A stretch of 64,000 nucleotides of DNA from Lama guanicoe (GCA_013239625.1 MU053431.1:248001-312000), one strand, 5' to 3'; positions 1 through 12,199 are shown, counted from the stretch's first letter. Numbers and translations are program-made. The notes: a model not told the origin generated them from the letters alone.

Positions 1-516
1 CCGACCTGCCCGGCAGCCCAATGGGAGGGAGTGTGCCTTGTCTTCAGGAATTACTTCCTGCTGACTGGGAAGCCCGCACACAGGCCATAACTGCTGACTG
101 CTGGCCACGCCAGGGGGCTTTCAGGGGCTGGCCCTCAAAACACCTCAAAGGCGGTGCTTATTTATTCATTCTATTTAATACAGTTCAGTAACCTTTAGAA
201 ATATTTTGAAACCTGGAGTACGCACTCCTGGGCTGTGGTGGCGTCCAGACCAGTTCGTCAGGCCGGGTTCAGGGCAGTAGTCATGTCTCTGGGAATGAAG
301 AGCTTTTAATCTCCATTCAGTTTTTCAGCGAGGTGTCTGAAAATTAAGCACTTTGGTAAAGGGATTTTCCTGAGGGAGCATTGTTGATTCAGGCTGTGAA
401 GCCTGGGGAATCACGTTTCTGAAAGAGCCTCAGTGTCGGGAACAGGGTTCCTGAACCCCTGACCGAGATGCCTGGCGTCCCCTCATCCTGACTGAGCTTC
501 ACACAGGCCCCTCCCT
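1..516 (+). repeat. Copy A of a near-identical direct duplication, truncated by the window start
   Basis: Read by eye, 1-516 matches 3506-4021 (offset 3505) with two substitutions seen: 140 A vs 3645 G, and 395 T vs 3900 C. Confidence 0.97.
434..516 (+). mobile_element. 5' stub (83 bp) of the MER90-like LTR, cut at the duplication junction
   Basis: Identical to 3939-4021, the start of the LTR that runs on to about 4498 in copy B. Here it stops at ...ctccct|aagacc. Confidence 0.75.
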
Positions 517-771
517 AAGACCTAAACAGAACTCAAGAGAGAGCTGGGAGTTCGAGATGTACAAATACTAACTGCTATATATAAAATAGGTAAAAAATAA
601 AAAAGCAAGTTTCTTCTGTATAGCACAGGGAAATATATTCAGTATCTCATAGTAACCTATAGTGAAAAAAATGAAAACAAATACATGTATGTATATGCAT
701 GACTGAAACATGCTGTACTCCAGAAATGGACACATGGTAACTGACTATACTTCAATAAATTAAAAAAAAAA
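517..771 (+). mobile_element. Young LINE-1 3' end, cetartiodactyl/camelid type
   Basis: ctgtatagcacagggaaatatattcagtatctc...atatgcatgactg...gtaactgactatacttcaataaa, with AATAAA at 754-759 and an A-tail at 762-771. Resembles recalled artiodactyl L1 3' UTRs. The 5' boundary is approximate. Confidence 0.88.
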
Positions 772-1499
772 CTTTGATTACCTCCCGTGACTAACCCAGT
801 ATAATATGGTCCTTTTCAAGTGGATTCTTGACTGTGTCAACCTGTTTCTGCAGCCTGGAGCTGTCCCTGTGGCAGCAGATCCCAGGACGGCTGACAGGGG
901 CGGCTGGCTGTCCTGACAGCCCTCTCTGGGTGGACAGCCAGCCAGAGACGTCCCTGGGGGGGACTCGTGAGAAGGACGCGCCATGGTTGCCTTGATCGCC
1001 GGAGTGGAGAGGAGTTAGGCTCTTTCTTTTAATGCCCAAGGCGCTCGTTTTCAGAAAGATGAAGTCAGTTTCATAAACCCACATAGTCAGAACCAACGTT
1101 AGTTCTTGCTGGGCTCAGTGATAAAGGGGCACGATCGCCAAACCATTTTTCTTCCTTGTGTTGATCCACTCCAGGCTGGGAGAGTCCACTCAGCCCTTAG
1201 GCTGGGGTACCTGGGCACCCTGACTGACAGTCCTCCCAAGTGTCCACATCACCGATGGGTGGTTCCCCAGTGAGAGACGAAGGTGCTCTTCCACGGAGGG
1301 GAAGGTGTGGATGCTCAGCAGGTGGACGTGCAGAACCCACTGCACTCACCGCTGTCCTGACCAGAGGATTTGAAGGCTCCCCTCCCAGGTCCGTCTGAGG
1401 CACTGAACAGAGTATGGATAAGATCCCACTTTAAACACAGCCACATTGTTAATACCACATCTTCTCGTCACTATGTGTGTTTGCAAAGAGATGTTTAGA

Positions 1500-1960
1500 A
1501 GTGAAAAGAATGCTATTATTCATAACATTTCTATTTTTTCTGGCTCTACCTGGTTAATTTCTCCATATAAATAGGAGGAACCTTGAAGCCTTGATTAAAA
1601 ATATGTGCGGTGCCAGGTCACAGTATCACCTATGCTTAGCAAAGATAGATTTGAATATCAAAAGCATGTGGAGTGCAGTGCCGCTGTGCGCTGTGAAGTG
1701 TATGCTAATGTGTTTACTGTTAAATATTACACCGCTCGGCCGTGAGGTGCCCTAGACCTTTACCATGTGAATGTTTGGCGTGGTATATAATTTGAACCAT
1801 AATAGGACAATTATTTTTACGGAATTTGCAAATATTTTTGCTTACAATCGTCTTTGTGACATTCTAACATCAGTACATGTGAAGGTCACTAAAGCAATTT
1901 TCCTAAAAAAAGTGTTTTAATATTAATAAAGATCCCCAAGTAGTATACAGTAAACCATGT
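1500..1960. promoter_or_regulatory. Candidate enhancer / conserved non-coding element
   Basis: AT-rich island with no recognisable repeat. ATGCTAAT (POU-like) at 1702-1709 abuts TGTTTAC (forkhead) at 1711-1717. Conservation not tested. Confidence 0.3.
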
Positions 1961-2290
1961 TAGCCTCCAGGCTCTTAGAATGGCATTTGGCCTTGGTTTT
2001 ATTTAGCTTTAGATTTCAGTTACTCTGACATCACTGAACATCAGCCGTAAGTAATGGTGAAACCCTGCCACGGAAACCCCGCGTGGAGAGCCTGAGGCGT
2101 TCGAGCCAGGGCCCCGCCCACGGTCTCCTGCGTCCACTCCGGTCCTCCCTCCCTCCCCAGGCCACAGGAGGACGAGAAAATGGGTCCAACTTTCTATTGT
2201 TTACTTTTTACCATAAAGCTAGAGAACATGTATAGTATTTTTTTCTTTGCCAAATACACTCCTTTGAATAAAGCACGTTTTTCTACAATT

Positions 2291-2387
2291 TAAGCTCTTG
2301 AGGGCAGGAACCTCTTTCTCATCACTGCTCTACTCCCATACCCAAAACAATATGTGACACATAGTAGGTGTTCACTGAAATGCTGAA
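2291..2387 (+). mobile_element. L2 3' end remnant
   Basis: taagctcttgagggcagga...gtgacacatagtaggtgttcactgaaatgctgaa follows the L2 terminal consensus. Confidence 0.8.
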
Positions 2388-3505
2388 AACGCATGCTTGT
2401 GGCAACCAATGCACCACGTCTCTCCCCAAAGCAATTTCCTTAAAATCCTAGAGTGGGGCGGCTGCTTGGGGGCCTCATTTTGTTGATAAGGAAACAATGG
2501 GCAGCTGCAGGAGAACTCGGCTTGGTTTATGAGGTCTGCGCAACACGTCGTGTTGATGATGGGATGAGTTTCTGTCTAGTTTTGGTAATTACATTTGTGA
2601 GACCAGCATCATCTTGCTACCGAAGTCAGACAAGGGCACTGTGAGAGGAGGAGGCCAGTGTCCCTGCTCAAAACAGAGGCAGAACTCCCATCTTGTGAAC
2701 AGAATGCAGCCAGAGTGACTTTTGAGGCTTGGTTAGAAAGTTGAATAGAGCTTTCCTGGCTCTCTCTAAAGGCTACTCACTCTGGGACCAAGCTGCTGTC
2801 ACACAAGCTGCACTGTGCGGAGCCCAAGGGCAGAGGTTCCAGCAAAGAGCCTTTGTCAAAGTTCCAGTTGAGGACAAGCACCCATCCTGATGGGTAAGTG
2901 AGGAAGCTTCACTCCATCCCCAGCTACTCTGTGACTATAGCCCCCTGAAAAGGCCCAAGTGAGACCTGCCCAGCTGGTTCCAACCAACCTCCAGAGCTGT
3001 GAGGATTGTAATAGGAGCAAACGGTGTCACTTCACAGCACAAGTTAGGGCTGGTTTATCGTGCAGATGACCCACAGCTGTGTGCAGGTGTGGGGCCGGGA
3101 CCCAGGGCACCAGGACCAGGTGTGGGGGACACGAGGATTTCAGGGGCTCTGCGGGACTCAGAGCATGGGCTCCTCTGCTCCCTGTGGCAGTACATTCTGT
3201 TGTTCCAAGAGAAACTGGAAATCCAGATTTCCATGTAGAATCTCCTTGTTTGGCAAACACTGAGACGGGCCAGACAGAACTCCGGGACGCCGGATTCAGT
3301 CCCTGGCCTGTCTGCACACAACTCCCGGGAGAAGGATTAACCGGGCTGATAGTCCATTACTACAGGGCCTACACAGCGGAGGATGTGCTGTCTTGCCAGA
3401 AACTACTTTTTCCTTGGCACCTGCTGCTTCTCTTTCGATCTGGTGACTTCAGAAAAGACAATGTCCAAACCACAGCCGGAGGCGAGGCCCTGGAATGGAG
3501 CCAGG

Positions 3506-4021
3506 CCGACCTGCCCGGCAGCCCAATGGGAGGGAGTGTGCCTTGTCTTCAGGAATTACTTCCTGCTGACTGGGAAGCCCGCACACAGGCCATAACTGCT
3601 GACTGCTGGCCACGCCAGGGGGCTTTCAGGGGCTGGCCCTCAAAGCACCTCAAAGGCGGTGCTTATTTATTCATTCTATTTAATACAGTTCAGTAACCTT
3701 TAGAAATATTTTGAAACCTGGAGTACGCACTCCTGGGCTGTGGTGGCGTCCAGACCAGTTCGTCAGGCCGGGTTCAGGGCAGTAGTCATGTCTCTGGGAA
3801 TGAAGAGCTTTTAATCTCCATTCAGTTTTTCAGCGAGGTGTCTGAAAATTAAGCACTTTGGTAAAGGGATTTTCCTGAGGGAGCATTGTTGATTCAGGCC
3901 GTGAAGCCTGGGGAATCACGTTTCTGAAAGAGCCTCAGTGTCGGGAACAGGGTTCCTGAACCCCTGACCGAGATGCCTGGCGTCCCCTCATCCTGACTGA
4001 GCTTCACACAGGCCCCTCCCT
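3506..4021 (+). repeat. Copy B of the direct duplication
   Basis: Matches 1-516 and continues into the rest of the LTR. Confidence 0.97.
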
Positions 4022-4498
4022 GACTCCAGGCAGGGCTCTCTTTTCTGAGAGCGTGTACTTTAGACAACTTACAGACTCTTTCTGTGCCCCAGTGAGCTGA
4101 ACGTGCTGTACACAGTGTCTCAGGAGTTTTGCAACCCTGGAATCTTCCTCTCAAGGACCGTCTGCAAGGGAACCCTCAAGGGAGGCAGCACCGCTGTTTC
4201 TCCCAGTTTCTGCGAGAAAGTAGAAAACTAATGGGCTCCGATGAGCAGACACAGATAGCCTGATTGTAGAGGACGATGTTTGTGAGCTCAGGAGTGACTC
4301 AGGGTGCTGGACTACCCCCACTGAGCGTCTTGCCTTCACTCAGGTCCTCCATGTTTTCCCCCTGGTTCCCTCTAAACCCCTCCCACCTTTTGTTTCTGTT
4401 CCCTTGAGATCCAGTGAGTTCTGGCCACTCTCCCCTTTTGCAACCACCTTGAATAAAGTCTTCCTTGCTCAACACTGTGCAGTTTTTGCTTTGAAGCA
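3939..4498 (+). mobile_element. Solo ERV1 (MER4-group) LTR, MER90/MER89-like
   Basis: Starts TG (tgtcgggaacagggttc) and ends ...tttttgctttgaagca. AATAAA at 4452-4457 sits in gaataaagtcttccttgc. Internal blocks ctcaaggacc, ctcccagtttctg and gagttctggccactctcccc are typical of the family (recalled). Confidence 0.75.
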
Positions 4499-5549
4499 CA
4501 CCACGCTTTATTTTTCCATTATTTGTGTCAGTTCAGTTCTCTATTTGCATTTTCCCCTATTGCATAGTTGAACTGTGCCGGGAGAGGACCCGTTCACGCT
4601 CGCAGGGATTACGGCGCAGGGTTGCAGGGAATGCCTGCTGGTGTGCGTCCGCGTCGGTGTAGCAGGTTGCTCTGAGATTGGCGGAACAGTCTCCTCCTCT
4701 TCCAGAACGGCCTCGGGTGCTCCTTGTTGGTGTGCTTTGCAGGGGTTGAGCGGTAATAGAGGGCGTCCCGGTAAGTCCAGGGTTTAGGACCCAAGTCATC
4801 TCTAGTGGAGATGCCACGTCTGCCCTAGACCTGCCCCGCCTGAAGAATGGCTGAGTTGGACAGTTTTCTTCTGGCTCATTTCAGTGAAAAGAAAAACGGC
4901 TCCCCACGGCTTGCGCCCACTGTACTGTGTGCAGCTCAGCCTTCCCTCGTCATGTCTAAATGTGTTAGCTGCCCCAGAATTGTGATCTGAGCCGTGTGAG
5001 TCTTTTGCCTGTTTGTTAGTTCGGCTTCTGCTCAAAGCTTATAACCTGCGGCCTCGCTCCTGCCCCCCCACAGGACGGGCACCCAGTAGATACTCAACGC
5101 ATGTTTTTGTTGGACTGACAGCACCTGTAACTTACTGACTGTGTGTCCCATATGCCAGTTATATGTGCATTTGTCTGAGAACCAGTGGGTCTTGGAGCCT
5201 GTTTCTCTGGCTACATATCAAGTAGAAGACCTCTTTTTTTCTTAATGAAGAGATTGTTCCCTCCCTGCACAAACATTTACGCTGGGCATCGGTTCTGTGC
5301 CAGACACTGGGATGAACATGTTTATGTAAAAGGTGGCTAATCCACACGTTGAACTGGGAGAAGGTTTCCTTCGTTAATAGGTTTTGTCCACCTAAGAACT
5401 GCTTTACTTACTGAATATAAAATGTGGTTTGATTCCTTCAAAGTCACTTCACATGAGCAACTCAGGCACACGTCTGCTGTGTACAGACGAGTTCCCAGTT
5501 ATATCTGTGGGAGTGGCAGTGATGCTCCCATGAAAGGGAGAAGAAGAAA

Positions 5550-5757
5550 TACTGATTATCTTATGTACCCTGACTATATGTTGGGCAATTTGGCAACCTT
5601 TGTGTGTGTTTTCCTGTTTACCTGAGTTTGGTGGAATTACTTGTGCTCATTTGATTGACAGGGATACTGACACGTACAGTAATTCTCTAAAGTAAGGCCA
5701 CACAGTAGGGAACCTGATACTGGAACCAGGTCTGTCTGATGCAGAACAGTGACTCCT
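5550..5757 (-). mobile_element. MIR SINE remnant
   Basis: aaggccacacagtag...ggaaccaggtctgtctgatgcagaac resembles the reverse complement of the MIR 5'/core region. Confidence 0.6.
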
Positions 5758-5859
5758 GGTCCCGTGAGAAGAGGAAGATTTCCAAAGATTCTTGGGTCAG
5801 GGCTTTTCCTTTGAGGTTACATTGCCTCTTGTTTCATTTTTAAGAAAGAAGGTCTAATG

Positions 5860-6222
5860 CATAGTATTCAGCCAGAAAAGTGCCAATACAGGCTGTGAAA
5901 ATGCCGTGCTGAGTGAGAGGAGCCGGGCACAAAGGGCCGTGTGCTGTGTGATTCCGCTGACAGCGGCAGAAGGGTTAGGGCTGCCAGGGGCCGGGTGAGG
6001 GGAGGATGGAGTGATGCTGATCGGGTCCAGGGCTTCCTTTTGGGCGGGGAAGGTGCTTGGGACCTAGATGGAGGTGACGGTTACGCACCTTGTGAATGTG
6101 CTAAATGCCACTGAATCGTGTTATGCTGTAAATGGTTAATTTTATGTTATGTGGATTTCATCTCAGTAGAAAATTAATTAATTAATTAATTAATTAATTA
6201 AAAAAAACAAGGAAAAAAAAAA
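5860..6222 (+). mobile_element. L1MB-like 3' end
   Basis: gctgagtgagaggagccgggcacaaa...tgtgaatgtgctaaatgccactgaat...aatggttaattttatgttatgtggatttcatctca, followed by an A-rich tail. Confidence 0.85.
6172..6199. repeat. (AATT)7 self-complementary microsatellite in the L1 tail
   Basis: Directly visible perfect repeat. Confidence 0.95.
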
Positions 6223-6429
6223 ACCAAGCAGCCCACCATCCCAGGAGCAACGGAAGGTGCTTCCTGTCCTGCCGAGAGCCGGTCTCATGACCTAGGGCTC
6301 TGGCCGCGGACATTCTGACGCTGCCCAGCAGCAACGCTGCAGGCTCGCTGTGGGGTCTGTGAGTTCGCTGCTTGTCCGTAAAAGTGGTGCTTCAGACGTG
6401 AATGCAAGGGGTCGGTGTTGTCACCCCAA

Positions 6430-6655
6430 GAGGAGTGTACCCGTGGAGAGCCCGGGCTCCAGAGGCAGACGAATCTGGTTTGAATCCTGCCGAGACCTTT
6501 CAGCTGTGGGGTCCCTCCGGCTCTTCCAGGCCTCAGTTTCCTCACCCGTGACGGGGTTAAGAGTGTCTTCCTGATGGGGATGTCTTGGGGATTCCGTGCC
6601 TGACACATCCACAGTGAGCCGTTGGCCGCCACAGAGTCAGTGCTCTGTGAGTGCC
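6430..6655 (+). mobile_element. MIR SINE
   Basis: ggctccagaggcagac...ggtttgaatcctg...gcctcagtttcctcacccgtgacgggg (MIR core), then ...cacagagtcagtgctc. Confidence 0.85.
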
Positions 6656-7774
6656 TGGCAGTCTTACTGGTGACAGTGAGGGTGCTGGCGTGCTCTGTAC
6701 CCCCAGAGCAAGTGGGCCACTTGAGAAAATGGTCTTGAGGGACCTTCCCAGCTCGCCCTGCGCAGGACCTCCCTACCTAGTGCCCTCTGCCTCCCTGGGA
6801 CCCGGCTGACTCCAGGTCAGATAAGGGGCCCCTGTGGCAGCTCTGATTTTGTTCAATTGATTCCGATGGGCCACTTCCACAGACTGCAGAAACCGAGGAG
6901 GTGGCGTTCACACACCCATCCTCAGGGAAGCTCTCCCCACCCACCCCAGGCAGTGATTCACAGGCGCCCTTGAGATAATTACATGCACAGCAGCTTGTGG
7001 GAACCACGGCAGTGACCGTCCTGTCCCCGGAGGACAAAAGCACCGGGGGCTGGTTGCCTTGACCGGGAGAACAAAGCAGTCTCCTCTGAGTGCAGCGTTT
7101 ACTTGCAGTCTGGTGCTGCTTTCAGAAGCTCGGAAGCACCCCTCGGACCAGGGGCTGCCTCGTGTCGGAGGCCCATGGCTCTTGCAGGGCCCTCGACGTC
7201 CTGGAGGCACGAGCGCTGCTGTTCTCGGCCCCAGAGATAGCAGGCACAAGCCCCTGAGGATGCTTCCTTCATCCTTCTGCTCGGGAGAAGACAAGGACCG
7301 TTTTCCTTCTCTCTTGAATGTGAACACCAAGGGGCTAATTCACCAAGAAACAAGCTACCCGTAATCATATGCAGGAGGATTGGGAGACTCTAGAATTTGT
7401 TTGCTGGCTCAGGGGCAGCTGCAGTAAGCTTTGCTGTGAGCCGTGTGAAGCCCTAAGAAAAAGTCAATCCTAAGTTCCCTGGCTTTATGCTGCTGAGCAC
7501 GACCGAGTTCCTGGCTGTCATCCTCTCCACCTGAGGAGCTCAGCCCTGCATGGATGCCTGGAGAGCCAAGCATCACAACGAAGTGGGCGGATGCCACTGA
7601 AGGCTGGATTCGGGCTTGGGACTGATGCTCACCTTGCATGCTGGCTGGTCCAGCCTCACAGCCCCGAGCCCACTGGCTGTCCAGCTGTGGTTCTGGGAAC
7701 AGCGCACTACCGGCACGTCTGAGGTCCTGCTCAAATGCATTCCGACACGGACAGCAGCAACCCTTGTGACTGGA

Positions 7775-7910
7775 GGAAAGTTTCTGTGGGTGCTGGTAAT
7801 GCTTCCTTTCTTGGTCTGGGTGCTGGCTACATGAGCGTATTCAACCTGAGAAAATTCATCAGGCAGTACCCTACATGTTTGTAATTTCAGTAAACAGAAG
7901 TTTTAAAAAT
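7775..7910 (+). mobile_element. Old L1 (L1ME/L1MD-like) 3' terminus
   Basis: tttctgtgggtgctggtaatg...tttcttggtctgggtgctggctacatgagcgtattca...gaaaattcatcag. Confidence 0.7.
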
Positions 7911-8739
7911 GGATTCCTGCATTGACGTAGGAATAACTGTATTGCTTTGTTGTCCCTGCTTCTTATTTATTTTATACTGAACGATGGGTTAGAGACCCTC
8001 ATGGCAAGTCCCTGAGCTCATGAAGTCACGAAGAAAGGCTGTTCTTGGGCAGCAAGGAGTTCAGGGGTGATAAAGAAGAAAGCAGGTGAGGATGAGTGAA
8101 CCCAGGGTGGCGTGTTGCAGACGGAGGCAGTAGGCGCATCCTAGCTCAGACCTGAGCCACGATGTTAGGAAAGCTGAAAAGCCCCAGGAAAGGCAGTACT
8201 TCCATTTGACTGATGTGGTCTGGGGGCTCCAGGAAGCTCTCAGAGAAGCCTCCGCAGCACATTTGAATGTGCGCCCCACCTGACTTTGAATCTCATGGCC
8301 TCTCAAAGTCTGCACCTGGCTGTCCTCAGGCTCCCCCCACCACTCCCACTCCTTCGTGATCATTCTCTCCAACCATTTTGCGTCCTCTCTGTGACGGAGA
8401 CTTTGCCTGGGTCCTCACCTTTGTTCCTGGTCTTGGTTTCCTGACCCAGTCCTCACCTGCGGCCTGCACACCGCCTGCCCCGCCCCTCAGCTTCCCTCGA
8501 AATTTCTGTTTGCACCAGTTTCCTAGTGGGGAATGGCAGGTCCCCTGGTGGGTGCCAGACCGGCCAGAGCCCTGCCCTGCCTCTGCCCATTCTTCCCTCG
8601 CCAGAGCTACCTTCTCTTGCTGCCCGGCCGGCAGTGGGAAACTTCCGAGAACTCCCCCTTTAGGAAGAAAACCAGCCAGTCGACATTCAGCCCTTCTCTT
8701 TTGCTTCATTTTCAGTAAAACCAGAGGACAGATGGTCAT

Positions 8740-9150
8740 CATCCTCCACGATGAGGGGAAAAAATCTCACCAACAATTAAAATTGAAATGACCAGCATGT
8801 AAAAATATCATCTCACCAGAATTCCAAAATGTAAAATGAATAGCAGCATTTCCCGGGGGGCTGCAGAGCTCCGTGTCGGCGCTCTCTTTCTATTATTTTG
8901 GAACAGGCTGAACAGCCCCATAAAACCACCCAACTTTAAGTTAAAAGAACATAGATGATTTCTTTTATTTTTTTTAGCCAAGGGAGGCAGGGGGCTCATT
9001 TGCATGACCTCTGCCCGTCTCCGTGGCGAGCGCCTTTTGTGCAGCGGTCTTCAGAAGCTCCCCTGAGGCCCTGGGCCGCGCGGAGCCTCGCTGCCGCTCC
9101 GGTGTCAGCAGACAAAGGTGGGAACAAAGCCAGCCCTCATTACAGGTGTG
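8740..9150. promoter_or_regulatory. Candidate enhancer
   Basis: No recognisable repeat. CCATAAAA (CDX/posterior HOX-like) at 8918-8925, octamer ATTTGCAT at 8998-9005, AACAAAG (SOX) near 9123. Conservation not tested. Confidence 0.3.
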
Positions 9151-10859
9151 CGGGGGGCTTCCTGCTGCAGGGGACTTCAGGAAACACTCTGAGGGTGAAC
9201 GGCGGCTTCCAGAGAACACGAACAGACACGCTTCAGTTTCGGAAACAAACGCACATGAAAGATCATCCTTTACTGGAGAACATACTTTAACTTATCCTTT
9301 TTCAGAAAACATAACCGGGAAACAGGGACCTTACCCATACCTTCATGAGCTGCAGTTTTAGGAGAACACAGTAAATGCCTCTAGACACTGCGGCACAGAA
9401 AACGTAAGGATTCAGCAAGTTAAACTTTGTAACACGCACCAAAGACACCCAGAATGGACCTATGTGTGTGCAGTCGCTGCTGTTGGATTATTTTTTCTTC
9501 CATCGAAAACTTGATGTTCAGAATATTCAAGAAACGTGGCTGCCCTTTCAGACTTCAGATCTGGGTCTGTTTCCAGTGATGCTGTGTTTATTTAGCCTTG
9601 TATTAATGCTACCAAATTCAGCACGAATCCCATTAAAAGAATGAAGTGTTAGGTTAGGTTTGATGCACTAATAGCTTGTTATGTGTAGAATTTTAGCAGC
9701 TGAAAGCTCTTCTGGTGTGGCTTTCCTTCAACCGTTTTGTTTATGAGTGTGTACGAGTTAATAAGCTACCAGGAGCTAGAAATTAAATTAGGTTTAAAAT
9801 GTAAGGGAATAGTAAAAAGGAGAATAGCTTACATATAGGTTGGGAAAATGATCGAATTTTGTTGGCTTAGAGAAAAGCCAGTTTCCTATGCTGGAGTTTA
9901 TCCTCATTTCTGCTCCCGTGGGGGACACACGGGGCTCTATTGTTTTTCCAGTGGAGTGTTTATTTATGAGTGAGGCTCCCCTGCCTCAGCACCAGACTAT
10001 TTCTAAGCCAGGTATGTTATCTACTTTTAACTTCTCTCATCTTCATGTTTCTACACCCACTTTTGCAGATTTCTAGATTCCATAGAAAGGATGAAGGACA
10101 CTGCATTGCGAGCCCATCTCAGTCCTGACAAGCCTTATGGGGCATCCAACTGGCCAAGGGGTAAAGCAGTTCAGTTGCTGAGTGACAGGGCAGCACACGT
10201 GCCCTGGTGCTAGGTACTCAGATTTTTCAGCTCAAAATATCAAGTCGCGGAAGCCTTTTAATACTCCTTGGGAAATAAACTGTTGTGTTGGCCAATAACG
10301 AAAGTGAAAATGATGCTTCTGAAAGTAGAGGATGCTAATCTTGCAAATCTATTTTCTTACCCTTAATGAGCATGAAGTGATTTTTTTTTTTTAGTCCACG
10401 GTCTTGCAAAACCAAAAGATTACGGCATACAATTATCTCACTGTCAAAACTTGTGCTTCTGTTGAAAATGAAGTTGACTTCCTTGAATATTTAGCCCTTC
10501 ATTTAATTGATCTCTTTTTAGATTTCACTTAAGCACATTCTTCATTTTTCGGATGTTCAGAAATGTAGATGCAACAACAGATAAGGGTCTCTTGGGGTCT
10601 AACACAAAGATGTCTGGCCCAGATAACAGCCCCAAAGGGGATAGATGCTGACTGCACGTGCCTCTTCCCAGAGGTGTGCTCCACGTGGTGAGAGGTTAGG
10701 GCAAAAGGGGTCCAGATCAGTGCTCGTCAGTCTGGGAAGGACCGACCAGAGAAGGGTCCCAGGATGACGGAGGACTCAAGGAAAGCCTTGAAGATCAGGC
10801 AAGCTCCAAAGAGACTTAATGAGGCAGAAACTTTCCCTCTGCCTTTCAGCCCTCTCCCA

Positions 10860-11880
10860 GTTAATCTGTTAAAATGTCTTAACTCTCAATCATCTCCTGA
10901 CCAGAGCCACCTGTCAACACGCCCTTCCATGTCGTGGTCCAGCCACCACATTGCTTGCCTGGATGTTGTAGCTGCCTTCTCACCCCTTCTCCCACACGTG
11001 ATGCTCTCAACCTCATCCCTCAGGCAGCAGTCAGAGACGCAACTTATCCTGCTGGTCCCCACCTCCAGCCTTAAAGGACTTCCCGAAGTCTTCGGGGTGA
11101 GCCCTGACTTCTTCACCTGATGCTCAGGACCCTTCCCACCTGGCCCTGGCCTCTGTCCAGCTTCATCTCTCGTTTCACTGCCTTCATTCCCTGGCACTCA
11201 AGTGAGAATCGTTTTTTTAGCTTTTTAAAAGCATGGTGCTCCTTTCTTTCTCTATTTCTGTCTGTCTCCATCTCTCCCTGTCTCCGTCTCTTTATCTCTG
11301 GTTCACTGTCTCTGTTTCTTGATTTTCTTTCTCCTCCTGGCCTCACGCACACTATGCCTTCTGTCTGGAATACTGTTCTCTTCCTCCTTGCCTGCTTATC
11401 TCCTCTGCCTCCACCGGATAGCAGATTAAATATTGCTTCCTCTGGGAAGCCTTCCTTGGCCCTCTTTGAGCCCATTAGAGTACTTTTCTTACTTTATTAT
11501 AGTTATTTCACCATCTCCTATGTTAGGCTATATACTGGAAGCCTGTAATTTAAGGACTTAGAGCCACATCTTGTCTGCTGCCTATTTCTGTAAATGAAGT
11601 CGCACTGGGACACAGCCATGCCTGCTCGCTATTTGGTCTAGGGCTGCTTTTGTACCATAGTGGCAGAGGTGAATAGTTGTAACAGAGGCATACAAATCCT
11701 AAAATATTCGCTGTCTGGCCACTAACACAATATACCTGCTGACTCCTGCTGTAAGCAGTTAGGTTGAAGATCCTGGCACTATGCCATCTTCAGAACCTGG
11801 GATAGCACTGGCAGTAGACATTCACTGGACATTTGTTGAATGTAGGAATGAATAAATGAATGAATGAATGAATGAATGTT
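10860..11880 (+). mobile_element. L2 3' region, interrupted by a CT-rich tract and MER58A, ending in (GAAT)n
   Basis: Typical L2 blocks such as ccttctgtctggaatact and tcctctgggaagccttcct. Terminus catttgttgaatg is followed by (GAAT)n at 11846-11878. Confidence 0.8.
11536..11748 (-). mobile_element. MER58A (hAT-Charlie non-autonomous DNA transposon)
   Basis: tgcctatttctgtaaatgaagt...ggacacagccatgcc...ggcagaggtgaatagttgtaacagag...cctaaaatatt...tgctgactcctg is the reverse complement of recalled MER58A. Confidence 0.85.
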
Positions 11881-12004
11881 GAATACACAGGTGAAGAAGG
11901 CAGTACAGACAACTGGTTGACCCATGCAGAAGATCTGATACATAGAAGAATCCTGAGCATTGAATTCCTTATTGTGGCCGTTGCTGATGCTGCTTCTACC
12001 AGTG

Positions 12005-12190
12005 TCATGTATTGACCATGCCAAGCACAGTGCCAACAGATTTATCTGGTTTCTCTTGCTTAATCCTCTCAACAATCCAATAGGATAGGTCCTGTTGTCA
12101 TTTCCATTTTACAGAGAAATAAACAAAGTCTGAGAAAATTCAGGTGACTTGGCCATGACTTCACAGCTAGGAAGTAGTCCATGGGGACTA
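12005..12190 (-). mobile_element. MIR SINE
   Basis: ttaatcctctcaacaatcc...ccattttacagagaaataaac...gtgacttggccatgacttcacagctaggaagt. Confidence 0.85.
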
Positions 12191-12199
12191 CACTGCTTT

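Noticed and set aside
772..790. ttgattacctccc after the L1 tail, loosely like the 3' end of a camelid SINE
   Set aside because: There is no tRNA-derived head or A/B boxes upstream, and the match is too short.
3079..3696. 205-aa ORF partly inside the duplicated segment
   Set aside because: Non-ATG start, no recognisable homology, and no evident exon structure.
11536..11748. Nested insertions (MER58A and MER33 in L2, MER31 beside L1ME, young L1 in old L1)
   Set aside because: They follow the expected age order of these families and are not novel.
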